Below are positions 1 to 12,238 of a DNA stretch of 64,000 nucleotides, piece by piece; position 1 is the first letter of the stretch, and every line of letters begins with the position of its first letter. Source of the DNA: Squalus acanthias (lineage: Eukaryota); the NCBI GenBank assembly GCA_030390025.1, contig CM059431.1:128838001-128902000 (forward strand). The letters are read 5' to 3'. A program made the position numbers and the translations under genes. A model generated the notes under the pieces. That model had not been told where the DNA came from, did no database searches, and worked only from the letters and a program-made list of their open reading frames with translations.

Positions 1-800
1 GTCAGTACGTGGGTAAGTAGCTGATGCACCGCTAGCATTCTCCTTTGCAACAATATCCCCCAGGGTTCAACATCTGTGTCCAGCTGAGCAGAGCTTGGAC
101 AGCATTGCTCCCCCCGACTCAGACTCTCCACAGCAGTCCCTGCTACCAGTGTCTGCTCGTGCTCATTTGCAAGCTGTGAATCACCAGTTGAAAACCCAAC
201 TAACTGTCTAAGTGGACTGAAATGCGAGTATTTGAGTTGGAGCATGGCTGTACGTTCTATGATGGTGCAACCTCTGAAGGAATGAGATCCTCTGAGGAAT
301 TATCCTCATAGATGTCCTGTGACACGTGCTTTACACGTGAAGTCCCTGGAAGTCAATAGAAAGGGGTATGATTTAGTCATGGCAAAGTCACAATCTTGAC
401 AATCTCCATACTCAGTCTTCTCATAGTTCAGTCATTGATGAAATTAAGTCAGCATATGTGTGTCAGAGATATTTGTAATTCTGTCACCAGCTAACTGCGA
501 GCTCCCTGTCTCTCCATGTCCAACTGAGAGGGATGCAGATATGACACTTATCTTCAGGACTTCCTCCTCTGTGAGCTGGATTATTTGTGGTGGGCCACCT
601 CCAGTTCTCTCCCTCTCCCTTGTGTTTTGCACTCTTTTCTCCTACTAGTGGTGAAAAAACAGACCTGTGAGTGAGTGAAGGTTAGGTATTCACCCGATGG
701 ATGCAGTGCATTCGGTGAGGGTGACTATGAGACAGATGAATCACATTGCATAAGGATTGGGGTGAGTAGCAACGGTGGATGGATAAATGAGGAGATGATG
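1..800 (-). mobile_element. PIF/Harbinger Myb/SANT gene remnant (exon 2 at ~488-641, exon 3 running off the window start)
   Basis: Peptide RERERTGGGPP..LTEEEVL..GETGSSQLA|G and the donor ctg|GTGACAGAATT match exon 2 of the Myb gene at 59032-59191. Confidence 0.75.
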
Positions 801-824
801 AAGTGCATAGAAAATGAAGGCTTG

Positions 825-1625
825 TTGCTGCTTGAAAAAATGTTTCCCCGTGTTGCCTCTGGTTCTGTTGCCAATCACATTAAATCTGTTCCCTCTGGCA
901 ATCGACCCTTCAGCCATTGGAAACAGTTTCTCTTTATTTACTCTTTCTAAACCCTTCGTGATTTTAAACACCTCTACTAAATCTCTTCTTAGCCTTCTCT
1001 GCTTCAAGGAAAACAACTCCAGCTTCCCCAGTCTATCCACGTAACTGTATTCCCTCATCCCTGGAACCATTCTAGTAAATGTCTTCTGTACCCACTCCAA
1101 AGTGTGGTGCCCAGAATTGGGCACAATTCTCCAGCTGGGGCCAAACTAGTGTTTTATACAGGCTTAACATAATTTCTTGGCTTTTGTACTCTATGCCTCT
1201 ATTTATAAAACTCAGGATCCCAAATACTTTAGTAACCTGCTTTGTTAACCTGTCCTGCCACTTTCAAAGATTTCTGCACAAACACTCCCAGGTCTCTCTG
1301 TTCTTGCACCCACTTTTAAATTGTACCATTTAGCTTGTATTGTCTCTCCTCATTCATTCTTCCTGCCAAAATGTATCAACTCACATTTTCCTGCATTGAA
1401 TTTCATCTACCATGTGTCCGCCCATTCCACCAGCATGTCTATGTCCTCTTGAAGTCTATTACTATCTTCCTCACTGTTTACTACACTTCCAAGATTTGCG
1501 TCATCTGCAAATTTCAAAATTGTGCCCTGTACCCCCAAGTCCAAGTCATTAATGTATATCAAAAACAGCAGTGGCCCTAGTACTGAACCTTGGGGAACTC
1601 CACAGTATACCACCTTCCAGTCCAA
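825..1625 (-). mobile_element. CR1 LINE ORF2 3' fragment, degenerate
   Basis: [20 protein letters not shown] and KFADD RT motifs; RRLRRDLVEVFKI C-terminal motif. Confidence 0.92.
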
Positions 1626-1915
1626 ATGAGCAGATAATCTGTTTTTAGTGGTGTTGGTTGAGGAATAAATATTGGCCAGGATGCTGGGGAGAATTCCCCA
1701 GCTCTTCTTCAAAACAGTGCCACGGGATCTTTTAAGTCCGCGTGAGAGGGCAGACAGGAGCTCACTTTAACATCTCATCCAAAAGAATTCCACTGAGCAC
1801 TTCCTCATTACTGCAGAGTCAACCTAGATTTTGTGCTCAATTATTTGAAGTGGGACTTAAACCTACAACTTCCTGACTCAGAGGTGAGAGTGCTGCCACT
1901 GAGCTACAGCTGACA
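1626..1915 (-). mobile_element. tRNA-derived Deu-domain SINE (SacSINE1/AmnSINE-like), partial
   Basis: Minus-strand head GCTGTAGCTCAGTGG..GGTTTAAGTCCC; core TGGCACTGTTTTGAAGAAGAGCTGGGGAATTCTCCCCAGCATCCTGGCCAATATTTATTCCTCAACC. Confidence 0.75.
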
Positions 1916-2109
1916 TAAACACTCAGAACTGACTGGCCAAGTCAAAAGTACTTACAATAGTGCTGCATAAGTAGATAGACCCTTGTAACCATTATAAATT
2001 TTGCTCTGTGAGCTAATCTAGCTAAGTGCAAAATTTCTGGGGAAAATAGTAGGACAATAATAACAGAAACTGGACAGAGATCTGCAGGTCACAGAAGATG
2101 ATATAAAAG

Positions 2110-2835
2110 CAAAGAGTGTCTAACCACCACACCTTGCCATTCAACAGCACTACCATCGCCGAATCCCCCACCATCAACATCCGGAGGGTTGCCATTGACC
2201 AGAAACTTAACTGGACCAGCCACATAAATACTGTGGCTACAAGAGCAGGTCAGAGGCTAGGTGTTCTGTGCGAGTGTCTCACCTCCTGACTCCCCAAAGC
2301 CTTTCCACCATCTACAAGGCACAAGTCACATGTGTGATGGAATACTTTCCACTTGCTTGGATGAGTGCAGCTCCAACAACACTCAAGAAGCTCGACACCA
2401 TTCAGGACAAAGTAGCCCGCTTGATTGGCACCCCATCCATCACCTTAAACAGTCACTCCCTCCAATACTGGCGCACCATTGCTGCAGTGTGTATCATCTA
2501 CAAGATGTACTGCAGCAACTCGCCAAGGCTTCTTCGACAGCACTTCCCAAATCCGTGACCTCTACCCCCTAGAAGGATAAGGGCAGCTGGCGCATGGGAA
2601 CACCACCACCTCCAAGTTCCGCTCCAAGTCACACACCATCCTGCCATTCCTTCATCGTCGCTGGGTCAAAATCCTGGAACTCCCTCCCTAACAGCACTGT
2701 GGGAGTATCTTCACCACAAGGACTGCAGCGGTTCAAGAAGGCAGCTCACCACCATCTTCTCAAGGCCAACTAGGGATGGCAATAAATGCTGGCCTTGCCA
2801 GCGACGCCCACATCCCAGGAACGAATATTTAAAAA
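2110..2835 (+). mobile_element. CR1-group (Zenon-like) LINE 3' fragment
   Basis: IYKAQV..MEY.PLAW peptide; 3' end AATAAATGCTGGCCTTGCCAGCGACGCCCACATCCC plus A tail; homologous to 7965-8705. Confidence 0.88.
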
Positions 2836-3569
2836 ATCTTATGTTGTCAAAGAGTAATCAATAAACTAAAGGTTAAATCATTAACATAGGTTCACAAACC
2901 TGCAGAAATCAGAAGAATATCCAGAAGAGGTGAATGATTCAAAAATTGCAAGGTGAAAAAAAAGGATAATTTGAAAAAACAGCCTGCCATATGCGTATGT
3001 AATCATTGATGTGAAACATAGTAAGTTGTGAATATAATTCAGTTTTCAGGAATTATATTAATCTAAACTGATCTAATAACTTGCTGCATCTGCAGTACCA
3101 AGAGAAGTAATGAAGATGGTTGAGAACTAGTAGATTAAGCCAAAAATAGATATTAGATGGATCGGAGAAAGATGACAGATTAACTGTCATTATTCGCACA
3201 TACAGCTGACACTTACAGTACACTCAATCACCTCTCGGACATTCTTTCAAACATTCTGTCGGCAGGGTACTTTACAGTAAGCTATGCATAACGCCATTAA
3301 ACTATGCTGCGGTGTCAAACAGACAACATGAAATATTCAGTGAGTCATTCAATGTATATTTATCTTCTCAGTAAAAAGGGCACATTCAACAAAAGACACA
3401 GCTGGGTGGATAGACTCAACCAGCCAACCCTCTCTCACCCTTTGAAGGTGCTCTCATTGGCTGTGAAAGATGTGCAAGCTGGAGGAGAGGAATATCTTCC
3501 TGGTTTGTTCCAATACACACTTTATCAATGCAAATGTGATTAATAGGTTCAAAGCAATTTGCCTCTTAC

Positions 3570-3900
3570 TTTATTCCCCTCTTTCTCCATTTTCTTGTCT
3601 GTGTTGGCCTCTCACTTGTCTTTTCACCCTCCACTATGTGGATATTCTTTTGTCCTATATATTTATATCAGCAACTGATCCTTTATATCATCTAACAGTT
3701 TTCTAGTCAGCAGTTTGCAGGTCATTTAATCTACTAACTCCCTCCCTCTCTGTGATTAGCGCATCATTGATTTTCTCCCCTTCCTCCCTGTTTTTCTACC
3801 CATTTTTCCAAGCTTACTAAAATGCCCATTTATCTTTTAGTCTTCAGCTCTGATGAAGGGTATCCCACCCAATAAAATGTCTTTTCTCTCTATCTGAACA
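3570..3900 (+). mobile_element. Degenerate Penelope family-2 3' UTR / terminal repeat
   Basis: Pyrimidine-rich UTR resembling 52830-53165, ending in CTGATGAAGGGT (decayed hammerhead core). Confidence 0.5.
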
Positions 3901-3919
3901 TAGTCAGGGTATCTCCAGC

Positions 3920-4360
3920 AATAGCAGCTTCTTCCTCCCCCACACTGCCATCTCAGGGAGATCTGATGATCCCTCCTTGTTCCTTCCTCTTCCTTATCTA
4001 CATGCTGCTCCTGGGCAATCTCATTCACAGACATGGAGTCAATTCTCACATGATGATATCAGCTGTATCACCCCACCACTTCTCTCAACCTTTGATTGCC
4101 TCCGGCCTGTCAGATTGCTTATCCAATATCAAGCCCTGGATGAGTCCCAATTTCCACCATCTTAACAATGTGAAATCTGAGGATATTGTCTTTGGCCCCT
4201 GCCACAAACTCTGCGACCTTGTCACTAACTACATCCCCTTTCCCAGCCACTCTCTCAGGTGGAACCAGGCTGTTCACAATCATGGTGTTCTTTTTAACCC
4301 TGAGCTGAGCTTGAAACTAACCTTCCTATCCATCACCAAGACTGCTTAATTCCACTTCTG
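3920..4360 (+). mobile_element. L2 LINE RT fragment, degenerate
   Basis: LFLIYMLLLGNLIHRHGV..LSDCLSNIKPWMSPNF..HGVLFNPELSL..ITKTA is typical of L2 ORF2. Confidence 0.8.
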
Positions 4361-4860
4361 AAGCACCCCTACCTTAGAACATAAACTCTAGACCTTAAGC
4401 TTCATTTTTAAAACTAGTCAGATAGATGACCTACAAACTGATGCTCCAATCATCATACGGCTGGGCCACAGAGTAATGGAATAGAAGTTTAAACCTCCAG
4501 TTCCCCACACAGTGCATTTCTGATCTTTGTCATGGTATTGGGACAGTTTCTAAGATATAGGAGAGTATTGCCTTACAAGAAGGAGAGAAAGTTGGAGAGC
4601 ATCATTTTGATCTGTTGTTGTCTATCTCCTAGTAGTTGTCTTAAAAGTAACATTGGTTCAAGGCTGCAGCAGGTGGCAGGTAATCTGCATGCTCAATCAG
4701 TCAAAGGATGGTCCATTTCCTAGGGACATCTAAAGGGAGAGGAACAAAACAAAAACCTGTGGGACCTAGATTTTATAGTGAAAATTCATCTGATGAAACG
4801 AAAGCCTGATACTAAATCGGCTCTAGCATGTCTGAAGAAAAAGGACTCTTTAAAGTAAAA

Positions 4861-5752
4861 GGGGGAGAATTCAGTATCGCCCCATTTGGGGCGCAATTAT
4901 CGGCCGGGCGCAAAGATTAGTGCCTGCCGCTAATTATCGCCACCGACTGCAAACTTGACTTTTATCGCCCCTGGAGGTGACTGGAGCGCTAAATCAGGCG
5001 CTTCACACCTGTCTTAAGGCACAAAGGCCGAGGAGCGAGGCGCTACCTCAGAGCGCTGGCGAAGCTCATGTGATGTCAGTCAGCAATGGAACACACACAC
5101 AATGGCGCGGGCCAGTTCTTAAAGGGGATGGTTGATCTTGCTTTCCATCCACATCCTACTCATTGCAGCCTTGAATCTCGGCCTGGAGAGACCTGCACAT
5201 CAAATCTGCTGGAAAGAACAATGGAGAGTACCAGAGAAAGAGCTCAGAGTGCAGCCCCCATAGTCTCTTCTAAATCGATACACGGAAGGGCAAATCAAAA
5301 TGAACCTGCAAAGTGCTGCTCAGTACCCAAAACTCCTTCACACAGCGTTGAATCTCTCCAGAAGTCTCTCTCTCTCTCTCTCAGAATACGTGGTTCAAAA
5401 ATGGCACCAACAATAAAAGGCAGGAAGCGGTCGCCTTTAAATAGCGCTCCCCCAGTCCCTTCATGACTGCAAAACGCTCCCCTCAACCTGTCGTTGCTAG
5501 CGTCAGGCGGTAAGGCAGGGGGCGCCACTCAATATCCGCTCCAGGGCGATACCGGGGCGTTGCGCACTCGACTGACGTCACGATCTGCCAGCTCAGGAGA
5601 TCGTGGCGGTAGTGTTTAGCGCCGCCGCAAAATGTCTAGTTAATTTCGCGAGCGGCGCAAACATCGCCGCGCTTGGGTGCTAGCTGCTTTGTGCCCCATT
5701 AGCGCCCACTTAAGGCGCTAACGGGAGGCGCAACAAACTGAATTTTTCCCCC
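4861..5752 (+). mobile_element. Harbinger non-autonomous element, family A
   Basis: TIRs GGGGGAGAATT / AATTTTTCCCCC, TSD AAA; 5' part matches 22910-23275 up to the Myb start (MESTRERA). Confidence 0.9.
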
Positions 5753-5767
5753 AAAGACTTTTACAAT

Positions 5768-6521
5768 GGCCCAGAAATTCCGTTCGCAGGCCTCCCGCGG
5801 GCGGAGGGCTGCGATCTGGAAAAATCTGCGCCTAGACCGGAGGGCTCCCGGGAGGCAGAGTTCCGTTGCTGGGCCTCTCCAAACTGCCGGTGCGCAGGGC
5901 CCACGTATCCCAGAGGCGCGGGCAGTTCGCAGCATCCCTGGGATCACGTGGGCCATGGGGAGCCTATCAGAGAAGGGAATCTCCCTTCATACATTTGACA
6001 GAAAGACCTGTCAAATATATGAATAGAGATCACCCCCAAAACATAGTAAAATTTTAAATAAATGTTAAAAAAAAATCACATTTTTAAAATGACTTTAAAT
6101 TACAATAAATTAAGTATTTTAAACAAAAACGTTATTTTTTGAAAAAAATAATTAAAGTTTTTAACGGGGCTAAAAATAAACTTACCTTTCTTTAAAGTAT
6201 TTTTAAATGATAAATCAGTGGAAATTATTTTTTTACTTTTTTCAACTCTTATCCTGGTAAAAGCAAGCCTTATGCCTGCTTTGACCAGGCGCAAGAATTG
6301 TAAGTGTTTTCTGAGGGCGGAGGGTCTCCAAAAAACGGAACTCTCCACCCGCAGAGGCCCTACTCCCGGGCAGGCAGAGGATCTGTCAAGAGCTTTCTTG
6401 ACAGATCGGAAATGCCGGTTTCCAGCGCATGCGCACTGCATGCCTAAAACCGGCATTTCCGTTGGCCCTACGGGTGAGTACACAGCGCGTACACACCTGT
6501 AGGGATCGGAATTTCTGCCTC
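5768..6521. mobile_element. Harbinger-type MITE
   Basis: TIR core CAGAAATTCCG / CGGAATTTCTG, TSD AAT (5765-5767, 6522-6524); AT-rich centre and internal palindromes. Confidence 0.8.
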
Positions 6522-6560
6522 AATGTCTTTTACAAGACCACACAGCAGAGGATAGATCAC

Positions 6561-6735
6561 TAATACGATAGCAAAATACTGCGGATGCTGGAAATCTGAA
6601 ATAACAACAGAAAACGCTGGAAAAACTCAGCAGGCCAGGCAGCATCCGTGGAGAGAGAAAGATGTTAACTCTCTTTCTCTCTCCACGGATGCTGCCTGGC
6701 CTGCTGAGTTTTTCCAGCGTTTTCTGTTGTTATTC
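6561..6735 (-). mobile_element. Penelope family-2 foldback mini-insertion
   Basis: ~62-bp perfect inverted arms around GTTAAC (6664-6669); 13-bp TSD GAGGATAGATCAC (6548-6560, 6736-6748); the 3' LTR shows the empty site. Confidence 0.85.
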
Positions 6736-7089
6736 GAGGATAGATCACAACAGCAACAAGAATGAGTCCAGGCTGGCTGGAGGTCATTTTGAACACCTGC
6801 ATGCATTACATTGTGGATACTGAGAGAAAACAAGTGTGTCATGAATCGTGGGTTGTATTTGTACGGTCCTATTGTTGACAAGCCACCACCCCGGAGGTGT
6901 AGTTCTAGGTTAAAAAGGGCTTTTAAAGCTAGGCAGAATCCAGAGTGGAGACACAGATCAACCGCAACAGCTCCAACCTCGCCTTTCGCTTCTTGGCAGT
7001 GCCACCTCACCTGGTATCTTCGTGACTGCTTGCTGCCTCACAGCTTCCTGCCTATGCAGGCTTACAGATTGCCTGTGAAACCGATAAAA

Positions 7090-7255
7090 ACATAAGAATA
7101 TAAGAAATAGGAGCAGGAGTAGGCCATACAACCCTTCAAGCCTGCTCCACCATTCAATAAGATCATGGCTGATCTTCGACCTCAACTCCACTTTCCCGTC
7201 CGATCGCCATATCCCTTGATTCTCTTAGAGTCCAAATATCTATCAATCTCAATCT
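7090..7255 (-). mobile_element. CR1 3' tail
   Basis: GATCAGCCATGATCTTATTGAATGG..GCTCCTATTTCTTATATTCTTATGTT on the minus strand. Confidence 0.88.
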
Positions 7256-7304
7256 TAACTTGGCAACAAGAGAAAGCCATGCTACACCACAACGGTACCC
7301 ATCC

Positions 7305-8705
7305 AAAGCAGGACAAATCCAACCCGGCCAATTACCGCCCCATCAGTCTACTCTTAATCATCAGCAAAGTGATGGAAGGTGTCATCGACAGTGCTATCAA
7401 GCGGCACTTACTCACCAATAAACTGCTCACTGATGCCCAGTTTGGGTTCCACCAAGACCACTCGGCTCCCGACCACATTACAGCCTTGGTCCAAACATGG
7501 ACAAAGGAGCTGAATTCCATAGATGAGGTAAGAGTGACTGCCCTTGACATCAAGGCAGTATTTGACTGAGTCTGGCATCAAGGAACCCTAGTAAAACTGG
7601 GAATGGGAATCAGGGGGAAACGCTCCACTGGCTGGAGTCATACCTAGCACAAAGGAAGATGGTTGTGGTGGTTGAAGGTCAATCATCATAGCCCCAGGAC
7701 ATCGCTGCAGGTGTTCCTCAGGGCAGTGTCCTAGGGCCAACCATCTTCAGCTGCTTAATCAATGACCTTCCCTCCAACATAAGGTCAGAAATGGGGATGT
7801 TTGCTGATGACTGCACAGTGTTCAGCGACATTAACAACTCCACAGATAATGAAGCAATCCATGCCCGCATGCAACAAGACCTGGACGATGTTCAGGCTTG
7901 GGCTGATAAGTGGCAGGTAACATTCACGCCACAGAAGTGCCAGACAATGACTATCTCCAACAAGCGAGAGTCTAACCACATCCCCTTGACATTCAATGGT
8001 ATTACCATCGCCGAATCCCCCACTATCAACATCCTGGGGGTCACCATTAACCAGGAACTTAACTGGACCAGCCACATAAATACTGTGGCAATAAGAGCAG
8101 GTCAGAGGCTAGGTATTCTGCTGCGAGTGTCTCACCTCCTGACTCCCCAAAGCCTTTCCACCATCTACAAGGCACAAGTAGGGAGTGTGATGGAATACTC
8201 TCCACTTGCCTGGATGAGTGCAGCTCCAACAACACTCAAGAAGCTCGACACTATCCAGGACAAAGCAACCCGCTTGATTGGCACCCCATCTGCCACCTTA
8301 AACATTCACTCCCTCCACCACCGGCGTACCGTGGCTGCAGTGTGTACCATCTACAAGATGCACTGCAGCAACTCACCAAGGCTTCTTCGGCAGCACCTCC
8401 CAAACCCGCGATCTCTTCCACCTAGAAGGACAAGGGCAGTAGGCGCATGGGAACACCACCACCTCCAAGTTCCCCTCCGAGTCACACACCATCCTGACTT
8501 AGAAGTATATCGGCGATCCTTCATTGTCGCTGGGTCAAAATCCTGGAACTCCCTACCTAACAGCACTGTGGGAGTACCTTCACCACACGGACTGCAGCAG
8601 TTCAAGAAGGCAGCTCACCACCACCTTCTCAAGGGCAACTAGGGATGGGCAATAAATGCTGGCATTGCCAGCGACGCCCAGATCCCACAAACGAATTTTA
8701 AAAAA
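7305..8705 (+). mobile_element. CR1-group (Zenon-like) LINE, 5'-truncated, RT region
   Basis: [31 protein letters not shown] and FADD motifs; A-rich tail. Confidence 0.93.
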
Positions 8706-9073
8706 ATACCCAGAATCTTCTCGACAAGCTTGAGCCAACCATGAGTATATAACTTTTGTTTTGGGGTTAGTCAAAGGTAGACATTTGATTTCCAAAGGTT
8801 ATACATTTTGGGAATTCAGAAGATGTTGTATTGATATTAAGGCAATTTTAATTCATGCATAAACCCAAGATGTTGTTTAAATTCTAATGTCAATTTTACA
8901 GTGTATAAATAATAAATGATTGTTTTCTTTATAAAGCCATGGTTTGTGCTTGAAGTTTCTTTAGAAAAAGGGCCCATTAAATTAAAAATATAATTAAATC
9001 ATGTGGAGATTAAAAAGGCATTTCACCAAATTAAAGTGTAAATCACTTTGCACCTTTTTGCTCCTACATGTTT

Positions 9074-9091
9074 TGGTGGAGAATGCAGGCA
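9074..9091 (+). promoter_or_regulatory. Primer binding site, probably tRNA-Ala
   Basis: TGGTGGAGAATGCAGGCA, 5 nt after the LTR end; complementary to a tRNA 3' end (..ATTCTCCACCA). Confidence 0.75.
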
Positions 9092-9379
9092 TCCTAATTT
9101 TTCACATTCTAATTCTAATTTTGGAAATCTTAATTTTTACATCCTGACACGTTTTATGTTGCATTTAAGAATTAGGAACTGTCGTATACAGCTTTCAGCC
9201 ATTTCCTGATTTTTAAATGAAAACAGATCATTGCCATGTCTCAGGCAAAGAAAATCCATTACCTGATGTACTTGATAGGAAAGCAATACTCGCATAAGTC
9301 AAAATGTTCCATTGAAGAACACATCAGTAGAGTTAAAAGGGCTCTGAATGTTCTTAAAATAAATTCAGAGAGCGAACAA

Positions 9380-11232
9380 ATTAACATAAAAGGTAATCCA
9401 AAAGTCTTTGATAGGCATATAAAAAGTGAACAGGTAGTAAGAGGAGGGGGGGGGCGCCGCCGATTAGGGACCAAAAAGGAGACCTACACATGGAGGCAGA
9501 GTGTATGGCTGAGGTACTAAATGAATACTTTGTATCTGTCTTCACCAAGGAAGAGGATGCTGCCATAGACATAGTAAAGGAGGAGGTAGAAGAGATGCTG
9601 GATGGAATAAGAATTGATAAAGATGAGGTACTAGAAAGACTGGCTGTACTTAAAATAGATAAGTCACCAGGACCAGATGGGATGCATCCTAGGATGCTGA
9701 GGGAAGTAAAGGAAAAGATCGCGGAGGTACTGGCCATAATCTTCCAATCCTCCTTAGAAACAGGGGTGGTGCCAGAGGACTGGAGAATTGCAAATGTTAC
9801 ACCCTTGTTCAAAAAAGGGAGTAAAGATAAACCCAGCAACTACAGGCCAGTCAGTTTAACCTCGGTAGTGGGGAAGCTTTTAGAACAATAATCAGGGACA
9901 AAATTAACAGTCACTTGGACAAGTGAGGATTATTTAATGAAAGCCAGCATGGATTTGTTAAAGGCAAATCATGTTTAACCAACTTGATCAAGTTTTTTGA
10001 TGAGGTAACAGAGCGGGTTTGATGAGGGAAATGCGGTTGACGTGGTGTACATGAATTTCCAAAAGGTGTTCGACAAAGTGTCACATAATAGGCTTGCCAG
10101 CGAAGTTGAAGCCCATGGAATAAAAGGGACAGTGGCAGCATGGATACGAAATTGGCTAAGTGACAGGAAACAGAGAGTAGTGGTGAATGGCTGTTTTTCG
10201 GACTGGAGGAAGGTATACAGTGGTGTTCCCCAGGGGTCGGTACTAGGACCACTGCTTTTCTTGATATATATTAATGACTTGGATGTGGGTGTACAGGACA
10301 CAATTTCAAAATTTGCAGATGACACAAAACTTGGAAGTATAGTGAACAGTGAGGAGGATAGTGATAGACTTCAAGAGGACATAGACAGGCTGGTGGAATG
10401 GGTGGACATGTGGCAGATGAAATTTAATTCAGAAAGTGTGAAGTGATACATTTTGGTAGAAAGAATGAGGAGAGGAAATATAAACTAAAGGGTACAATCC
10501 TAAAGGGGGTGCATGAACAGAGAGACCTGGGGGTATATGTGCACAAATCGTTGAAGGTGGCAGGCCAGGCTGAGAAAGCAGTTAAAAAAGCATACGGGAT
10601 ACTGCGCTTCATGAATAGAGGTATAGAGTACAAAAGCCTGGAAATTATGATGAATCTGTATAAAACACTGGTTCGGCCTCAACTGGAGTATTGTGTCCAA
10701 TTCTGGGCACTGCACTTTAGGAAAGATGTGAAGGCCTCAGAGAGGGTGCAGAAAAGATTTACAAGAATGATTCCAGGGATGAGGGACTTTAGTTACGTGG
10801 ATAGACTGGAAAAGCTGGGTTTGTTCTCCTTAGAGCAGAGAAGGCTGAGAGGAGATTTGATAGAGGTGTTCAAATCATGAGGGGTCTGGACAGGGTAGAT
10901 AGAGAGAAACTGTTCCCATTGGCAAGAGGGGTCGAGAACTAGAGGACACAGATTTAAGGTGATTGGCAAAAGAACCAAAGGTGACATAAGGAAAAACTTT
11001 TTTACTCAGCGAGTGGTTAGGATCTGGAATGCACTGCCTGAAAGGGTGGTAGAGGCAGACTCAATCATGGCTTTCAAAAGGGAGTTGGATAAGTACCTGA
11101 AAGAAAAACATTAACAGGGCTATGGGGAAAGGGTGGGGGAGTGGGACGAGCGGAGGTGATCTTGCAGAGAGCCGGCACGGATTCGATGGACCGAATGGCC
11201 TTCTTCCGTGCTGTAATCATTCTATGATTCTA
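9380..11232 (+). mobile_element. CR1 LINE, 5'-truncated, degenerate ORF2
   Basis: [30 protein letters not shown] and KFADD motifs; ATTCTATG tail. Confidence 0.95.
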
Positions 11233-11304
11233 AGTTGAAATGTTTTTGTAGTGGTCCTTTAATGATGAAAGTGAGAAGTCGCACAACACCAGGTTATAGT
11301 CCAA

Positions 11305-12182
11305 GGGGTAGAAATTAGGTCGCGCCCCATTTGGGGCGCAAATATCGTCCGGACGCAAATATTAGCGCCTGGCGCTAATTATCGGCACTGACAGGAAACT
11401 TCACTTTTACCGCCAAGGGAGGTGAGTGGAGCGCTAAAGCAGGCGCTGCACACCTCTCTTAAGGCGCAAAGGCCGAGCAGTGAGGCGCTAACTCGGAGCG
11501 CTGGCGAAGCTCATGTAATGTCAGTCAGCAATGGAACACACACACAATGGCACGGGCCAGTTCTTAAAGGGGATGGTTAATCTTGCTTTCCATCCACATC
11601 CTGTTCATTGCTGCCTTGAATCTCGGCCTGGAGAGACTTGCACATCAAATGTGCTGGAAAGAATAATGGAAAGTACCAGGCAAAGAGCTCAGAGTGCAGC
11701 TCCCACAGTCTCTGCTAAATCGATACAAGGAATGGCAAATCAAAATGAACCTGCAAAGTGCTGCTCAGTACCCAACGTTGAATCTCTCCAGAAGTCTCTC
11801 CCTCTCTCTCTCAGAATGCGTAGTTCAAAAATGCCACCAACAATAAAAGACAGGAAGAGGCCCCCTTTAAATAGCGCCCCCCCTAGCCCCACAGCGATTG
11901 ATAGCGTTCCAGTCTTCTGGTCGTTGGAAGCGCCAGGCGGTAAGGCAGGGGGCGCCACTCAATTTCCGCTACGGGGCGCCACAAGGGCGTTGCACCATGG
12001 AATGACGTCACAATCTGCGCGCGCAGGTGGTCGCAGCGGTAAGTTTTAGCGCCGCCGCACAATCTCAAGTTAAGTTCTCGAGCGGCGCAAACATCACTGC
12101 GCCCGGGCGTTAGCGGCTTTGCGCCCCATTAGCGCCCTCTTAAGGCACTAACGGGAGGCGCAACCAAGTGAATTTTTACCCC
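11305..12182 (+). mobile_element. Harbinger non-autonomous element, family A
   Basis: TIRs GGGGTAGAAATT / AATTTTTACCCC, TSD CAA; interrupts the left Penelope arm. Confidence 0.92.
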
Positions 12183-12200
12183 CAACAGTTTTATTTGAAA

Positions 12201-12238
12201 TCACAAGCTTTCGGAGCTGCTGCCCCTTCGTCAGGTGA
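12201..12238 (-). ncRNA. Minimal type I hammerhead ribozyme motif
   Basis: UCAC-CUGACGA-A-GGGGC(AGCA)GCUCC-GAAA-GCUU-GUGA. Confidence 0.75.

Larger units (their letters stand above)
4775..9068 (+). repeat. 5' LTR, split by five insertions
   Basis: Segments 4779-4860, 6525-6560, 6749-7090, 7255-7305 and 8705-9055 are colinear with 19033-19910; ends ..CTCCTACA just before the PBS. Confidence 0.85.

Noticed and set aside
4790..4804. CTGATGAAACGAAA in the LTR as a hammerhead core
   Set aside because: No helix II and no supporting helix I; altered in the 3' LTR
5086..5466. Recurrent ORF family (also 11531, 17170, 23027)
   Set aside because: Copies of one MITE; the shared part is Myb 5' leader sequence and the lengths and ends differ
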